A stretch of 64,000 bases of DNA from Utricularia gibba (taxonomy: Eukaryota; Plantae; Magnoliophyta), in the NCBI GenBank assembly GCA_002189035.1, contig NEEC01000015.1:1488001-1552000 (forward strand). Direction: 5' to 3'. The translations under genes and the position numbers were made by a program. The notes beneath the pieces are model-generated. The model was not told the DNA's origin, searched no databases, and saw only the letters and a list, made by a program, of their open reading frames with translations. Shown one piece after another: positions 39,335 through 51,197 of this stretch (its first letter is position 1; each line of letters opens with the position of its first letter).

Positions 39335-39342
39335 TATTTATA
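39335..39342 (-). promoter_or_regulatory. TATA box of the CTNIP-like gene
   Basis: TATAAATA on the minus strand 44-51 nt upstream of ATG 39291. Confidence 0.6.
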
Positions 39343-39841
39343 GGCTAACCTTGTAAAATCAAAAATTCGGAAAATAATATATATATTAAATCCCATTCTA
39401 AAATCGTGTTATTATTTCAACAATTTAACTTATTATTCGAATATTTCTTATTTTTTACACAATAAAATAGAAAGTGGGTTTTATGATCGATTTAATATCA
39501 TTGAACTAACTAAAAAAGATTAAAAATGTTCTGTAAAATGTTTGGATAATATTTTTATTTCTATTTTTATCAAAAATAATTATATACAAAATATTTCTTA
39601 TTTCTATTTTTGTTTTTGATAAATTTTTAAATATAATTAAAAATAAATCAAAATTAGAAATAAAGAAATATCTAATTTTAATTTCTTTTTTTATTTTTAT
39701 CATTAAATTCCGGAAAATAATTTTATTTCAATAATTTTCCTATTCATCATTTATGTTTCTATTCTTCAATATATCTACAATGTGATGCAACAAGCCAACA
39801 CTGCAGCAAACAAATAAATAGTTTGACAAAGAGAAGATCGA

Positions 39842-41384
39842 TCATCTTCTTTTTCTACCACGAGGCTTGCGCGTGGAGCAACCCTTGAGGTCTTGCCTCT
39901 TGCCTCTCCTGAATCTTGCTCGCTGCCTTCATCAATGGTTTCAGTTCTCTCCGTGGAAGCACTCTCATTGTCTGTGGATTGAGGAGCAGCTTCTTCTTCT
40001 TTAGACAGGCGGTCTCGAAGCTCTCTGAGTTTTTCTTTTTTGCTGCTCAGAACTTGAACAAACTGACAGCAACAAAAAGATTGTTAGCTAATGGATCATG
40101 AATAAGGTACCGAAAAGAAAGCAAGCAAGGGAAAAGCATTTCTTGCCTTCCCATAAGTTTCTGTTTCGAACTCTGAACGTTCGCGGCAGAGTCTTTCACT
40201 TTGTGCTAGACATTTTTCTGTTTCTTCTTCCAGTTTTTCAAATTCTTGTTTTCTCCAGAGAACTTCCTCCTGATCAATCCAAGAAACAACTCAATAGGCA
40301 TACCAGAGTACATAATACTATGTCAACTAAAGAAATAAAAAACAGCCCAACTCAGCTATATCTATCATGATTGTAGCAAAGTGCAAATTTTTTTAAAAAA
40401 TGCTGATAGATTCACCATTATTTTTCACTTAATTCAACTAACAGCGAAAGGAGCTCGCTACCACATCAAAAGAAGATTGAAGCCAGCTCATAATATCCAT
40501 CATAGTTCACTATCTGCTGAGGTGAGTCTACGAAATCAACTCAAATCTTAGAGAAAAATAGGTAAGACTTATATCTGAAACGCCTTACACTCAGTTTTAT
40601 GTTGGAATCCATGAGAAAGTCTAAGATCTCTACTGTGGTTTCCTTGCTACTGAAAGAAGGTTGAAGCTTCCATCGCCATTCAAGCTTAACGCCTCCTTTC
40701 TCAAATGTCCAAGATAACTACTTCAAAAAAATGCAAAAGTAGCAGTTGTTTAAGGTTATCTCTATTTATCATCATTGAAACTCAGAGGAAGTATCACTAG
40801 TCCCAAATGTTGGAGCAGCTATTTGGAACTACTTTTTCATGATATGTGTTGTATAACAGCATGAGAGTTGATAAAACCAAAGCCCATGGATTAAAACAAC
40901 TTTCAAAACTCGGAATGGCCAGAAAACAAGCACCTTCCTTTGAGGAGCATCAAATATTCAAAACAACTAAGCGTGCAGCAAAACAAGCAATAAAGGAAGA
41001 TATTTGTACGAGCAAACCCGTTTGCATCCATTTCCAGCATCAGAAAAGCTGTAAACGGACCCCGGCTGCTGAAACCCAGGTATCTCTCGGAAAATTCGAT
41101 GTAATCAGATACCGTTAGGTCCCAGTTTGATGCCCTCTCTCTAACTTCCTCCTCAGTTGCTTCAACACAAAACAAAAAAGAGTGATTTACTTGAAGCACG
41201 TTCCCACAATTATGAGGTAGTTTGTGCATAGTCTCGTACCATTGCAAGTCCACGCATGGAGGCCATCAGTAACGGCAAGGTCGAAGCGGGCCGGAAAACA
41301 GGTCCCCTTGACGAACACAGGTGCCTGCCCGCCGCCGGCAGTGGGTGCTTCCAATTTCAAGCACGTGTGTTTCGCCATGGCCAT
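39842..41384 (-). CDS. XRCC4: DNA repair protein XRCC4 (NHEJ); two apparent frameshifts and one GC-AG intron
   Basis: KHTCLKLE...VFVKGTCFPARFDLAVTDGLHAWTCN|ATEEEVRERASNWD...|LSWTFEKGGVKLEWRWK...DFLMDSNIKLS|EEV...FETETYGK|FVQVLSSKKEKLRELRD; basic terminus KPRGRKRR* with TGA at 39842-39844 after frame correction. Confidence 0.93.
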
Positions 41385-41559
41385 CTCAGGTGCGACTACT
41401 AGGTCAACGATGACAACGACAAGAATTAGGAAAGATGACGGAAACCAGAGCTGCCAATGTCTGTAGAATTGGGCTGCATTTTCTTGTTTCATTTTTGGAC
41501 TTATCGAATATGGGCCCCGTACACTGTGCAGACCAGCCCACTCCTTTTCGTTCAAAATG

Positions 41560-41831
41560 ATATATATATATATATATAAATTATTTTATCACACATTTTT
41601 GCGTTGGTATATATTGAATTTTCATGTTTTTCATAAATTTTTAATTTTTGGAAAACTTACCTTTCCGATATTTTTAGAATGTTTTTGAATTGGGCCTATT
41701 TTTAGGAAGCTCTTCTTCTTATTTTTTTACTAGTATATATTTTTATGTTTTTTTAATATAAAATATGATCCATTAAAAATTTTAAATTTTCAAATATTGC
41801 TATATTTATGAATATATATATATATATATAT
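41560..41831. repeat. Two (AT)9-10 microsatellites in the XRCC4/HMGB divergent intergenic region
   Basis: AT runs at 41560-41578 and 41812-41831. Confidence 0.85.
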
Positions 41832-43081
41832 CCAAAATAGACATAAAGTAGATCATTTTAATACACTTATCAATAATAATGACAATGTGTTGGGAATTGG
41901 TATGTTTCATTACCTTTTATAAAATTTATAAATATTTTAATAATAAAGAATATAATTGAAATAAAATGTCTAATCAAATCATTGATTAAATTTGGAAACC
42001 TGAAGTCGAACAAATTCACTGTAAATGCAAATAAATAGAGTCCATATAAAAAGAAGCTAATTTCCTGCACAATATTTGCAACTAAACGCATTTTGAAATC
42101 TTGAATCTGATTTGGTTGTTATCTCTTCTTCTTCATCATCGCCTTCATTTTTCATGATAAAAAAAACTTCAATCTTGCTGATAAAAACATTATGAAGAAA
42201 TTGGGTGTGTTTCAGAATGAACTTTCGCAAAGCAAGGTAGAACGGTTATATTTCATTACATGCAACTGCCCTTTTGTCCAACCCACGTTTTCCATATTTC
42301 TACTTGATACCATTTATCTATCATGCATTTCGAAAACTCCATGGATTCACCACATTGGGATTCTCAATAGTGTTGGCGGTTGCATAAAGTATGTGTTTTT
42401 GGATGGTAAGGGATCTCTGGAAAGTTGATTCCGTGATGGGGTGGCTTCAATTTCATTTCATTTGTAGTGAAAAGCTTTGGATCCTCCGATTTCATTGACA
42501 AGTCCCCTTTTTAAATGATGTAATTGAATACCCATATCTTTTGTTGTCAGCCGAAGATTATATGTAGCGTAGCCCGAGTTTTGTCAGCTGAATATCATTT
42601 CGTAGCTTTATAGACCTGCTTTATGGCGTGATATCCAGCAGCTCATTTATGCTTTTTTTTGCTGCATGGGCATTTAATCTGATTAAGAGTGGCAAGAACC
42701 CGTATGATTTTTCAGGCTCTCTCGCCTTTTTATTTATCATCATGATGATGATCAAGTACCCTGCAATATTTTCTGCTCATAATGGCGCTGCTTTATGGCC
42801 CTGGGATTTGCATTTCTTTAAAACAGTAGACTTTTCCATTTTCTAGCATGTTCTTGGCTGCTTCTGGTCTTCTTGGACCTGTAGATTCTATTATGCACCC
42901 AAAAATGTTGATGCAAGATATTAAATATTACGGATGTTTTTCATCAATGAAGAAGGGGATCATTTAATGTGCCCTTCCACAACTGTAGATTCTTGGAGAT
43001 GTTGCTGTTCCCATTTTAGAGTATTTTCCCACTTTTCCTTCACCTTCTGTTGTTTTGGATTCTTTTTCAGTAAGGGAGACA

Positions 43082-44754
43082 ATGGTTGAGCGAGGAGTGC
43101 CGGATAATGGAAGCAAGGGACTGCATACTGTTGCTGAGGTTCCCCACTCACATTTCTCCAGCTACCATCCATATCCACTTCCTATGGCTGAGTATCATGA
43201 TATCGTTGGATCTCGTGATCTTTTCATGGATACTTTGAGGAAACACCATGCTTTTATGGGAACCAAGTTCATGTAACAGCTCTCTCTGTTCTTCATGCTC
43301 TTAATCCCAGTCTTCCCATATCTTCCAGCTTCATGTTACCTTGACAGTTTTGGTTGTTTTGATTCAGGATCCCAGTTGTTGGAGGACGAGACTTGGACCT
43401 GCATCGCCTCTTCGTAGATGTTACATCCCGTGGTGGCATTGAAAAGGTTACTTGCCTGCTACTTTTCTGCCAATCTTCCATGGAGGCTTCCTGTAAACTG
43501 GTTTGCTTTTGTTCTGATCATTTCTCCACAGGTTATGAAGGAGAAGAAGTGGAAGGAAGTAACTGCTGGCTTCAACTTCCCATCATCTGCAACAAATGCT
43601 TCTTTCATACTTCGCAAGTACTACGTTTCGCTGCTTTACCACTACGAGCAAATCCATTTCTTCAAAGCAAAATGCTGGGTTCCATGGCCTTCTGGTTAGT
43701 CCTTCAGACAGGAAGTTTTTATTTGGGTTCACTGTATCGTCTTCCCGGCAATGTATTGTTTTATGATCTTCTCAATGCAGATGCGCAGCAGCAAACTCAT
43801 GTGCACGCTGTGTTACCACCAAGATTTCATTCGCCGGGAGTTGCTGACAGCAGTGCAGGAGCATCCCAAACTGAAGGTTCTCTTCTCAGCTTTTCCGATC
43901 TTGTGAAGCGAATTCATTTTACAAGGCAAGCTTGTCACTTTTTTTTTGCAGTGTCATTCGGATCAGTGGGTGCTCCTGTGGTTGGTGTGATAGACGGGAA
44001 ATTCGATAGCGGATACCTTGTAACGGTGAAGTTCGGAGCGGAAGAGCTGAAGGGTGTTCTCTACCAAGTGCCTCCAGGTTCAGAGACCGATCATCCCGTT
44101 TGGTCGGAGTCAGGCCAGTTGATGAAACGTCGTCGGAGGCGTCGGAAAAAGTCGGAAATCAAGAAGAGGGATCCATCTCATCCCAAGCCTAACAGAAGTG
44201 GCTACAACTTCTTCTTTGCGGAGCAGCATGCCAAGCTCAAGCCTCAGTACCACGGCAGAGACAGAGAAATTAGTAGGATCATCGGCGAGTCATGGAACAA
44301 ACTCCAAGAATCCGATCGAACAGTAAGCCACAATCAATACATTACAACCAGACATCCAAAAGCTTTGTAATTGGCTCATTGCTGTGGACAGGTGTACAAG
44401 GAGCAAGCTCTCAAAGACAAGGAAAGATACATGACAGAGATGGAGGTGTACCGGGAGAAGCTGAGAATTGGTCAGCTTGTAATGAGTGGCAGCGCAGCCC
44501 GGATTCCCGAATCCACCATGTTGCACAATGCAGTAGAAGGTGAGATGATATTTGACCATGAAATGGTCATTGCACAAGTAGCTGCAGACGCAGATGGCAC
44601 ACTCAGGAGTGTGAATGTTGAGATGATGACCGAGGAAGAGGAGGAAGACGAGAAAACAGCCGGGATGACATGCGTGGATCATCATGAAGCGAATCAGCAA
44701 CAGGAACCAGAGAATGCTGCCGAGTATTTGGAACCACCAAGATCTCGGTCCTGA
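43082..44754 (+). CDS. HMGB15: ARID-HMG box protein (HMGB9/10/11/15 family, HMGB15-like), 6 coding exons
   Basis: ARID: IPVVGGRDLDLHRLFVDVTSRGGIEK|VMKEKKWKEVTAGFNFPSSATNASFILRKYY; linker GVIDGKFDSGYLVTV; HMG box DPSHPKPNRSGYNFFFAEQHAKLKP...|VYKEQALKDKERY. A 5'UTR intron acceptor lies at 43070. Confidence 0.9.
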
Positions 44755-45748
44755 ATCGTCCTTCCAAATCCATGACTTGCTTCAAAGCTTGAAATCTTTC
44801 AGTGGCTTGCTTCAAAGCCCTCTGGATAAGTTCTTTTTGTCTGCTTCAGCATGGACTTGACAACCCAGAAATCACCATCGGTATTTAGTGACATGAATGC
44901 ATATAACACAATGGGTTCCATCCCAAAATGAACAAAGAGGAATTTTCAAAATAATAAAATATTTTAGAAATAGAATATATAACGTATCCTGGAGGACTCA
45001 ATTCGGAACAAGAACGAAGCCCCATGTCGAATTGAAAAGGAGCGCGCGTCGTAGCTGGTGTCGCTGCGATTTCTGTAGAAAATCGGAGCTTTGTATGGCG
45101 ATTCACGTTATTTTTCAGGTACGACGGAGAATTCCTGGGTTTCACATGCTGTACTGTTTGTGAGTTGCACTCTGATATTTTGAGCCCGATTTTTAAGAAA
45201 TATTGTTTATGTATTATTCTTGTAATGTGAATTGTTGCCAGTGTGAAGATATTCCTAAGCCTTGTTGGGGGGTTTTTTCTCAAAACGTTCATTTTGTTCT
45301 GGAATTTGTAATGATATAATCACTGGCCTGTATTCTTTACCAGTTTCTTGAGTGATTTGACCATTTTGAATCTCGCCATAGGGTTCTAAGACGGCTTTAG
45401 TGTTGAGGTTACTATTTGGAAAATTCAGATGGCTGCATAATCATAACCGTTTGCATTATTGTTGGTGTATAATATAACTTTTTTTTCACTATAGCGAATT
45501 TTATTTTGCGCATCTGGTGTTGAGTAGGTCCAAGCTGCCTTTTGTTTGATGATTATGTTCAATATTCGTATTTATGGTTTATTTTTATTTAGAGTTTTCA
45601 TTTGGCAGCTTGCTTATACCGAGTGTCAATTTTTTTCTAATGCGATTGAAGTTTTGTCATGATCCGATACATAAATAATGCTGCCTAATTTCTTGATCCT
45701 GTGAACTCCTCTTTGCCAGTGTGCAGATTTTCGATAATCAGTAGAGAG

Positions 45749-48700
45749 ATGGATGTCTTGGGCTTTGAATCTGCATGGCAGAAAGTCCTGCGTTTGATTT
45801 TCATTGACACCCACCTCGGTGCATTTCATATAGTTCTCCTACTTTCCTTTCATCAAGTATATGGCATCAGGCACGCTAAATCTAATTCTCTGGTGTTTAG
45901 TGATTCTTGCCCATCTTTCTTTTTTGCTTGTCTTTTGTTTTCCTGTGAGATGTTTTATTTGGGATCATTAACCCGACACATGTTTGAGTGGATACAGGAT
46001 GGATCCAGTCATTCAGTTGAAGCACACATGCAGAGCCACGGTTCAGGGAGGTTCTTTCTTACTGATGACAATGGTGCGCCATTTTCTAGCATTTTCATTT
46101 AATGTCTTCTTTAATCGTTTGGTATATGGGATCAGTGCCCTGATGTGCTGGTGAGTGTGCGTTAGACATTACTGATTACATGAACCAAAATGATTAATAG
46201 GCAGGCGAATTGCATTCTTTCAACATGTTTCTGTTCGGAAGACTCCATCTGGAAAGAGAAAAGATATCAGACACGGGATACATCTATCCTGGAATATACA
46301 CCTGTAGTTGATTTATACGATAACATTGACATGCCTTTAGAGATATAGATTATATAAAGTAGTACTGGGGATACTTATGGGACTCGTTAGTAATTTTTTC
46401 GTCTTTTTTCTAATGAGTCGTTATTTCAGGGCGTGTGTGCAATTCATTCAGAGTTGATGCTTTGACTCGTTGTTGCCCTGAGAAGGGAGAGCGTTTTTCT
46501 TGTCAGTGAGTCCTCTTTCTGGAAAACACGGTCCTGATTATAGTCTTTAGGCTCTGCCACTGTTTGAACTATATGATTTGATGCGGAAATAGTGATTTCA
46601 ACTTCTTCAAAACTGTATATGCGCTTCAAATGAAAATTTTCATGTAAAAGTAGCGACCACTGATTAATTATTTTGGTTCTGTATTATATCCCTTCTTCCC
46701 TGATTTTTATTTTATTATCATCACTTCAAAGGTGTGTTGTGAATCTTTTCTTTTTTATTTGTTCTAATATCAGTGATGTTATTTCAAGGGAATTGGATAA
46801 ATTTTTACCTTTGCTATTAGGATATCAGAACTTGGCATCCTATAATCATTGATAATTATCCTTACGCCCCTTTCATTTGTTTTGATGTTAATATGGCAGA
46901 GGATGCAATCTCAGTTCTTCTTGTTGCAACTCATATGAGTTCTGTGTTTCATGCTGCTTGAATCCAGCTATGGTAACTTTTGTCTTTCATCCCCTTACTT
47001 TGGTGAATAGTCCATCAAGTTTGTCATAGTCCTTTTTTACCATGCAGACGAGTGAGAAATTGGCATTAAGAACAAACATGGCAAAGCATGCAACTTCTGG
47101 TGATGCTTTATTCAGTAGATAATATTTTAGCTTAGACAAGATGCTTTCTATGCCTCTTATGATGTGAAAAATTACTTCGTTTTTTAGAAAATATTTTAGT
47201 TGCATATTCCTACCAAACACTCCAGGAAAGACCTGGTGTTTCTCTATATGAATCTCACCTGTTTTTTCATGAAATTATGATTCTGAATATCTGTATACAT
47301 GTTATCTGTATTGTCAATATCATTGATTGCAGTAATAAAATTATGTATACAACCAATTAGAATTTTATCGTGAAGGCTTTCTTGTTTCTTGCTTACAGGA
47401 ACATACAAAACCCTTTTTGATTTTTGTGCTGGGAGGTGTCTTCACAATTCGGAGAGTGTGGTAATTATTTAGACTTGTTTATTCTTATGTGGGGTGTGAC
47501 TATTTGTCATACCAACATGTATGAGATGGCATCCCATACGGCATAAAAATTATGAACTATGATTAAGTGTGAGGTTTTGCTTTGCATTGCCATTTCTCTA
47601 TTATGCTTTACTCAAATAATATCATTGCACATCCTCTTTGATCTTTCAGGTGCATGAAAATGCTTATGTGAGTGAATATCATCATTGTTTCTCCATGCCG
47701 TCCAATTTTTCAGGTGAATGTTAAACTTAATTTTGGGCGTGGATGGATTATTGAAAATCAATAGTCTGGATTGTTTTTTATAAGGCAAATGAAAGAGCTC
47801 ACCGGGGTGATATCCCACAAAACCGGTGCATGTTATTGGCATTCTATGTTAAAATTTAGAAAGCCTCATGCACTGGCTCTCTCTTTGAATAATAGAAACA
47901 GTTTTCTGCTTTGTTGTGATGTTGCCCCCTGCTTTTTAACTGGGTTGGGCTTAGGAATGTGAGCAACGCAAGGTTGTATTTGTAAGAATTGAGCAGTTTA
48001 TTTATCTGTTGTACAATAGCTATTATTTGAAGGTGGCAGGTGCAGAATGGTCGAAATTTGGTATTACATGTTAGAAACTTCATATTAGGTACTCAGGAAT
48101 GAAGAAGTTAACATGGTTTCTTTTAAGTAACAGCGAGTTCTAGTTCCAGCACGCACCTAGATGCAAAATTGGCTGGGATCAGTATCATCGTCGGAAGGTA
48201 TAGCAAATGTTGTCATAAATTTGTAAATGATACCAATCCTAAACCTGGATCATCTTTTTTTTTTTTTTTCACGTAGGCAAGGTGACTCATGTAGCACAGT
48301 GTGCAAGGCCAACGGACAGTCTTGCGTTCCCAACAAACTTGCTCTACTTAATCGCTGTGAAGTGTAAGCTCAAAAATTTCCTTGATTACATAATTGCTTC
48401 TGGTCTTGGTCACACTTCATGTGATGATGCTCATATTCAGAAACGGAGGAGCAGCGTAGTTGCCTCTGTTTTTCTTTTTTTACCATCGACGTCACAACCT
48501 TAATCCATCAGAAAATAGTATTAGTCCATTGCTTACAATATGCATCTTGTATTTGAAATGGGCAGTATCCAGAAACATATGAGCTGCAAAGGAGGGTGCT
48601 GGTCAAGCATGGGACGTGACCAGCCAGCTGAAGTTGTTGAGAATGCTCCTGGACATCTGGTATGATATAATTATGCTTGTGTTACATTTTTAAGTTTGCG

Positions 48701-48834
48701 CATTCTTTCAATTTTGAAACTGAAAGCGGGCTGCTTCACAGAAACCCGGAGCATGTGTGTTCACCAACGCAGAGTCCAGTCTTTCCTGTGATGGTTGGCA
48801 TGCCCATACAAAGAGGCTCTGTCCATGCGCGTAA
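45749..48834 (+). CDS. SPRING1/C12orf49 (SREBP-regulating gene protein)-like Cys-rich protein with an extra C-terminal Cys-rich domain; one apparent frameshift and one GC-AG intron
   Basis: N-terminal hydrophobic anchor; CRATVQGRFFLTDDN|GRVCNSFRVDALTRCCP...|GCNLSSSCCNSYEFCVSCCLNP|...FDFCAGRCLHNSESV|VHENAY matches the recalled C12orf49 pattern; then GR|QGDSCSTVCKANGQSCVPN...KRLCPCA*, TAA at 48832-48834. Confidence 0.85.
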
Positions 48835-49307
48835 ACCCGAGATGGATGATTTGCTGTGAGGTTGTGTGGTAGGCGTTCTGTTCTGAGTTACGAAAGTTGT
48901 TTCCAATTAGTTAATATTCAGCCAGCGTGAAAGCACTCATTTTTGCAGCGTGAAACAGAATCGCAGGTTCCTTCCACGAACCCGGTAAATTGAAATTCAT
49001 ATTTGTATGAATTAAAACGTCTTTGAAATAAGCCCGTTGATATGGTTTTATTTGATATATACCGTAAGAAATAATCATAATGTAAAACTGTGGTGCAATC
49101 CCTTTACTTGCTTTTCTTGCTCTCACTGAAACACTGACGACAAGTCTAAGGCTGCACACACGCAATGCTGCTGCAAGACTTGTTGTACTGGAGCTGAGCT
49201 TGTAGCTCCACGCCAACACCTCATTGCTTCATAACAACGGGATCACAGCTAGTAAGCAATCAAGCAATCTAAGGAGAACAAGATGGGAGTAGTTCCCTTC
49301 ATGGTTT

Positions 49308-50742
49308 TTATTCAAAAAGTAGCTTCTTTCTGCCAGTAGGAGAAGTGCTCCTCTTCCTCTGCTGCAGACCGGTTCTACTTTTCCCCTGGCTGCTGTTCTC
49401 TGGTTTTCCCGCTTGCTTCATACCTCCAAAACATGCAGCCTTCGGGAAGGTCCTACCATTTGTTCCAGGGTTTGAACACAGAGGGCTTCGTCCCCGGATT
49501 CCATCATTATCTGACCAAGTAAGTTACCACTATTACACTACGAAAGACCTGCTTCTAAACAAGACAATACTACTCCAATGCTGTGCTGCTGGCTTACATG
49601 GACTTGATAAGACTGCACGAGGACGGGGAGCTGAATGAGGAGCTCTGGGGTTGCTAATCTTCCCCCTACAGCTGTTACATTGCTCTTAAGTTCTTCTGTG
49701 AGTGAAGGAAAAATTACCATTCATCAGCAGAACTGTAAACGCAATGCTGAGGGAAAGATAGTGAGTCGAACCATTGCTTGTAAGAATGCTGGGAGGTGGT
49801 GTTTTGGGGACAGCAACTCTCACCACGGATTCATCTGCGAGTTAGAACCTTTTATTAGCTTTCCCATCAAGAACATGCTTTGGAAACTTGTGAGAACTCA
49901 TGATTCCACCTTGAATTATTTTCACTCTAATGGATACCAAATGCATATAAATCAATGTCTATCAATGCATGTTTCACTTGGAAGGACATATCCTCCGATT
50001 CTTCTACTTCTCACTCTCAAAGCTAAAGTATGAATAGACATCACAGGATGAGAAGTGCTACACATCAACAAGCTACATTCTGAACCATCACATTCACTGA
50101 AAAGGGTTTGAACCACAAGCAAGACAGAAACTAGAAAGCAGTGTTTTGGGAGAAAAAATAATGCATTTGCAAGTTCTAATCCTCAGAGCAACAGTATGCA
50201 TCAAAATTCTTGATCCTACACAATGGAGAAAAAAGCAGTAAATGCAGCCTAAGTCCATTCCCTGTAGCTCTCCAGCACCACAAAGGGATGAAAGCTTCAG
50301 AATCTCTTTAACTCATTCTACGTTAAAAATGTCATGAAAAATCAATTTCAGTCATCGCCCCTGATCTACAGAACTTAAGAAAGCAGCTCACCGCGGACTC
50401 AAACGTGAAGCAACCGTAGAAACCAATAAAAATCACAGCTTTAAACAGAGGTAAAAGAACCTGTGGACGAGGAATTATTGAGAGACAACCAATCGAATGC
50501 CTTCAGAGACTGCAGAGAAGTCTTCTCGTAATCATATTGCCCAACTTCTTCTTCCACCTCGACTCTAACCCTCACTTTTGGGTACACTTTTTAAACAAAA
50601 AAAAAGTAAAAAACAGAGATGACGACAACCCATCAGAGCAAGATAGAAAAATGAAATCTCAGGTTCACGTTTCCATTTCTAGAGCAAGAGGAACCAAAGC
50701 TTACTGTTTGCTCGGCGATGAAGTCCAGGACAAAAACAGCAT
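49308..50742 (-). CDS. Conserved uncharacterised plant protein (YPKVRVR and PRPRAVLSSP motifs); start uncertain, at least one apparent frameshift
   Basis: Exon from 50586 YPKVRVRVEVEEE...SLKAFDWLSL; exon at about 49700-49598 ...SAPRPRAVLSSP; last exon NDGIRGRSP...RKKLLFE*, TAA at 49308-49310. Confidence 0.75.
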
Positions 50743-51197
50743 ATTGAGAGATCCGAGAGAATTTTTGTAGGGAGACGGCCGTTTCAAAAGTTGAATCGCC
50801 TTTTTTTTGGAAGTTTGAACTTTGAATTGTCGCTCTCTTCGTCAGCATAAGCATTTTTGTTTGTCGCGGTGGCAAATATTATTATAAATAAAATATTGAT
50901 TGGAATTTCCACTCAAAATAAATATTGGAATTTTCTTTTCTAATTCCCAATTTTAGAATTGCAATTTGTTGGTTTTTTTTTTCATTAAACCTATTATTTG
51001 ATCGAATTCAATTTAAATTTATAATTCTTTAATTTGAATCTAATAATTTTTATAAAAAAAATTAAAAAGAATTATAAAAATAGTAAACAAGGATTTCTAT
51101 TTTTAAATATTTTATAGTAAATATAATATTTTAAATAATTCAAATTTATGGACCATCAGAGTACCACCATCAACACACAAAGTACCATGACACCCGT

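Noticed and set aside
14756-44754. MSH1, ING1, XRCC4 and HMGB as a functional genome-maintenance cluster
   Set aside because: They act in different compartments and pathways and are interspersed with unrelated genes. Conserved synteny explains the linkage.
8115-49670. Physarum-like C-insertion RNA editing as the cause of the frame breaks
   Set aside because: The missing base is G on the coding strand in several genes and is always in a run, and other genes in the window are intact. No such nuclear system is known in plants. Only cDNA versus DNA comparison could revive the idea.
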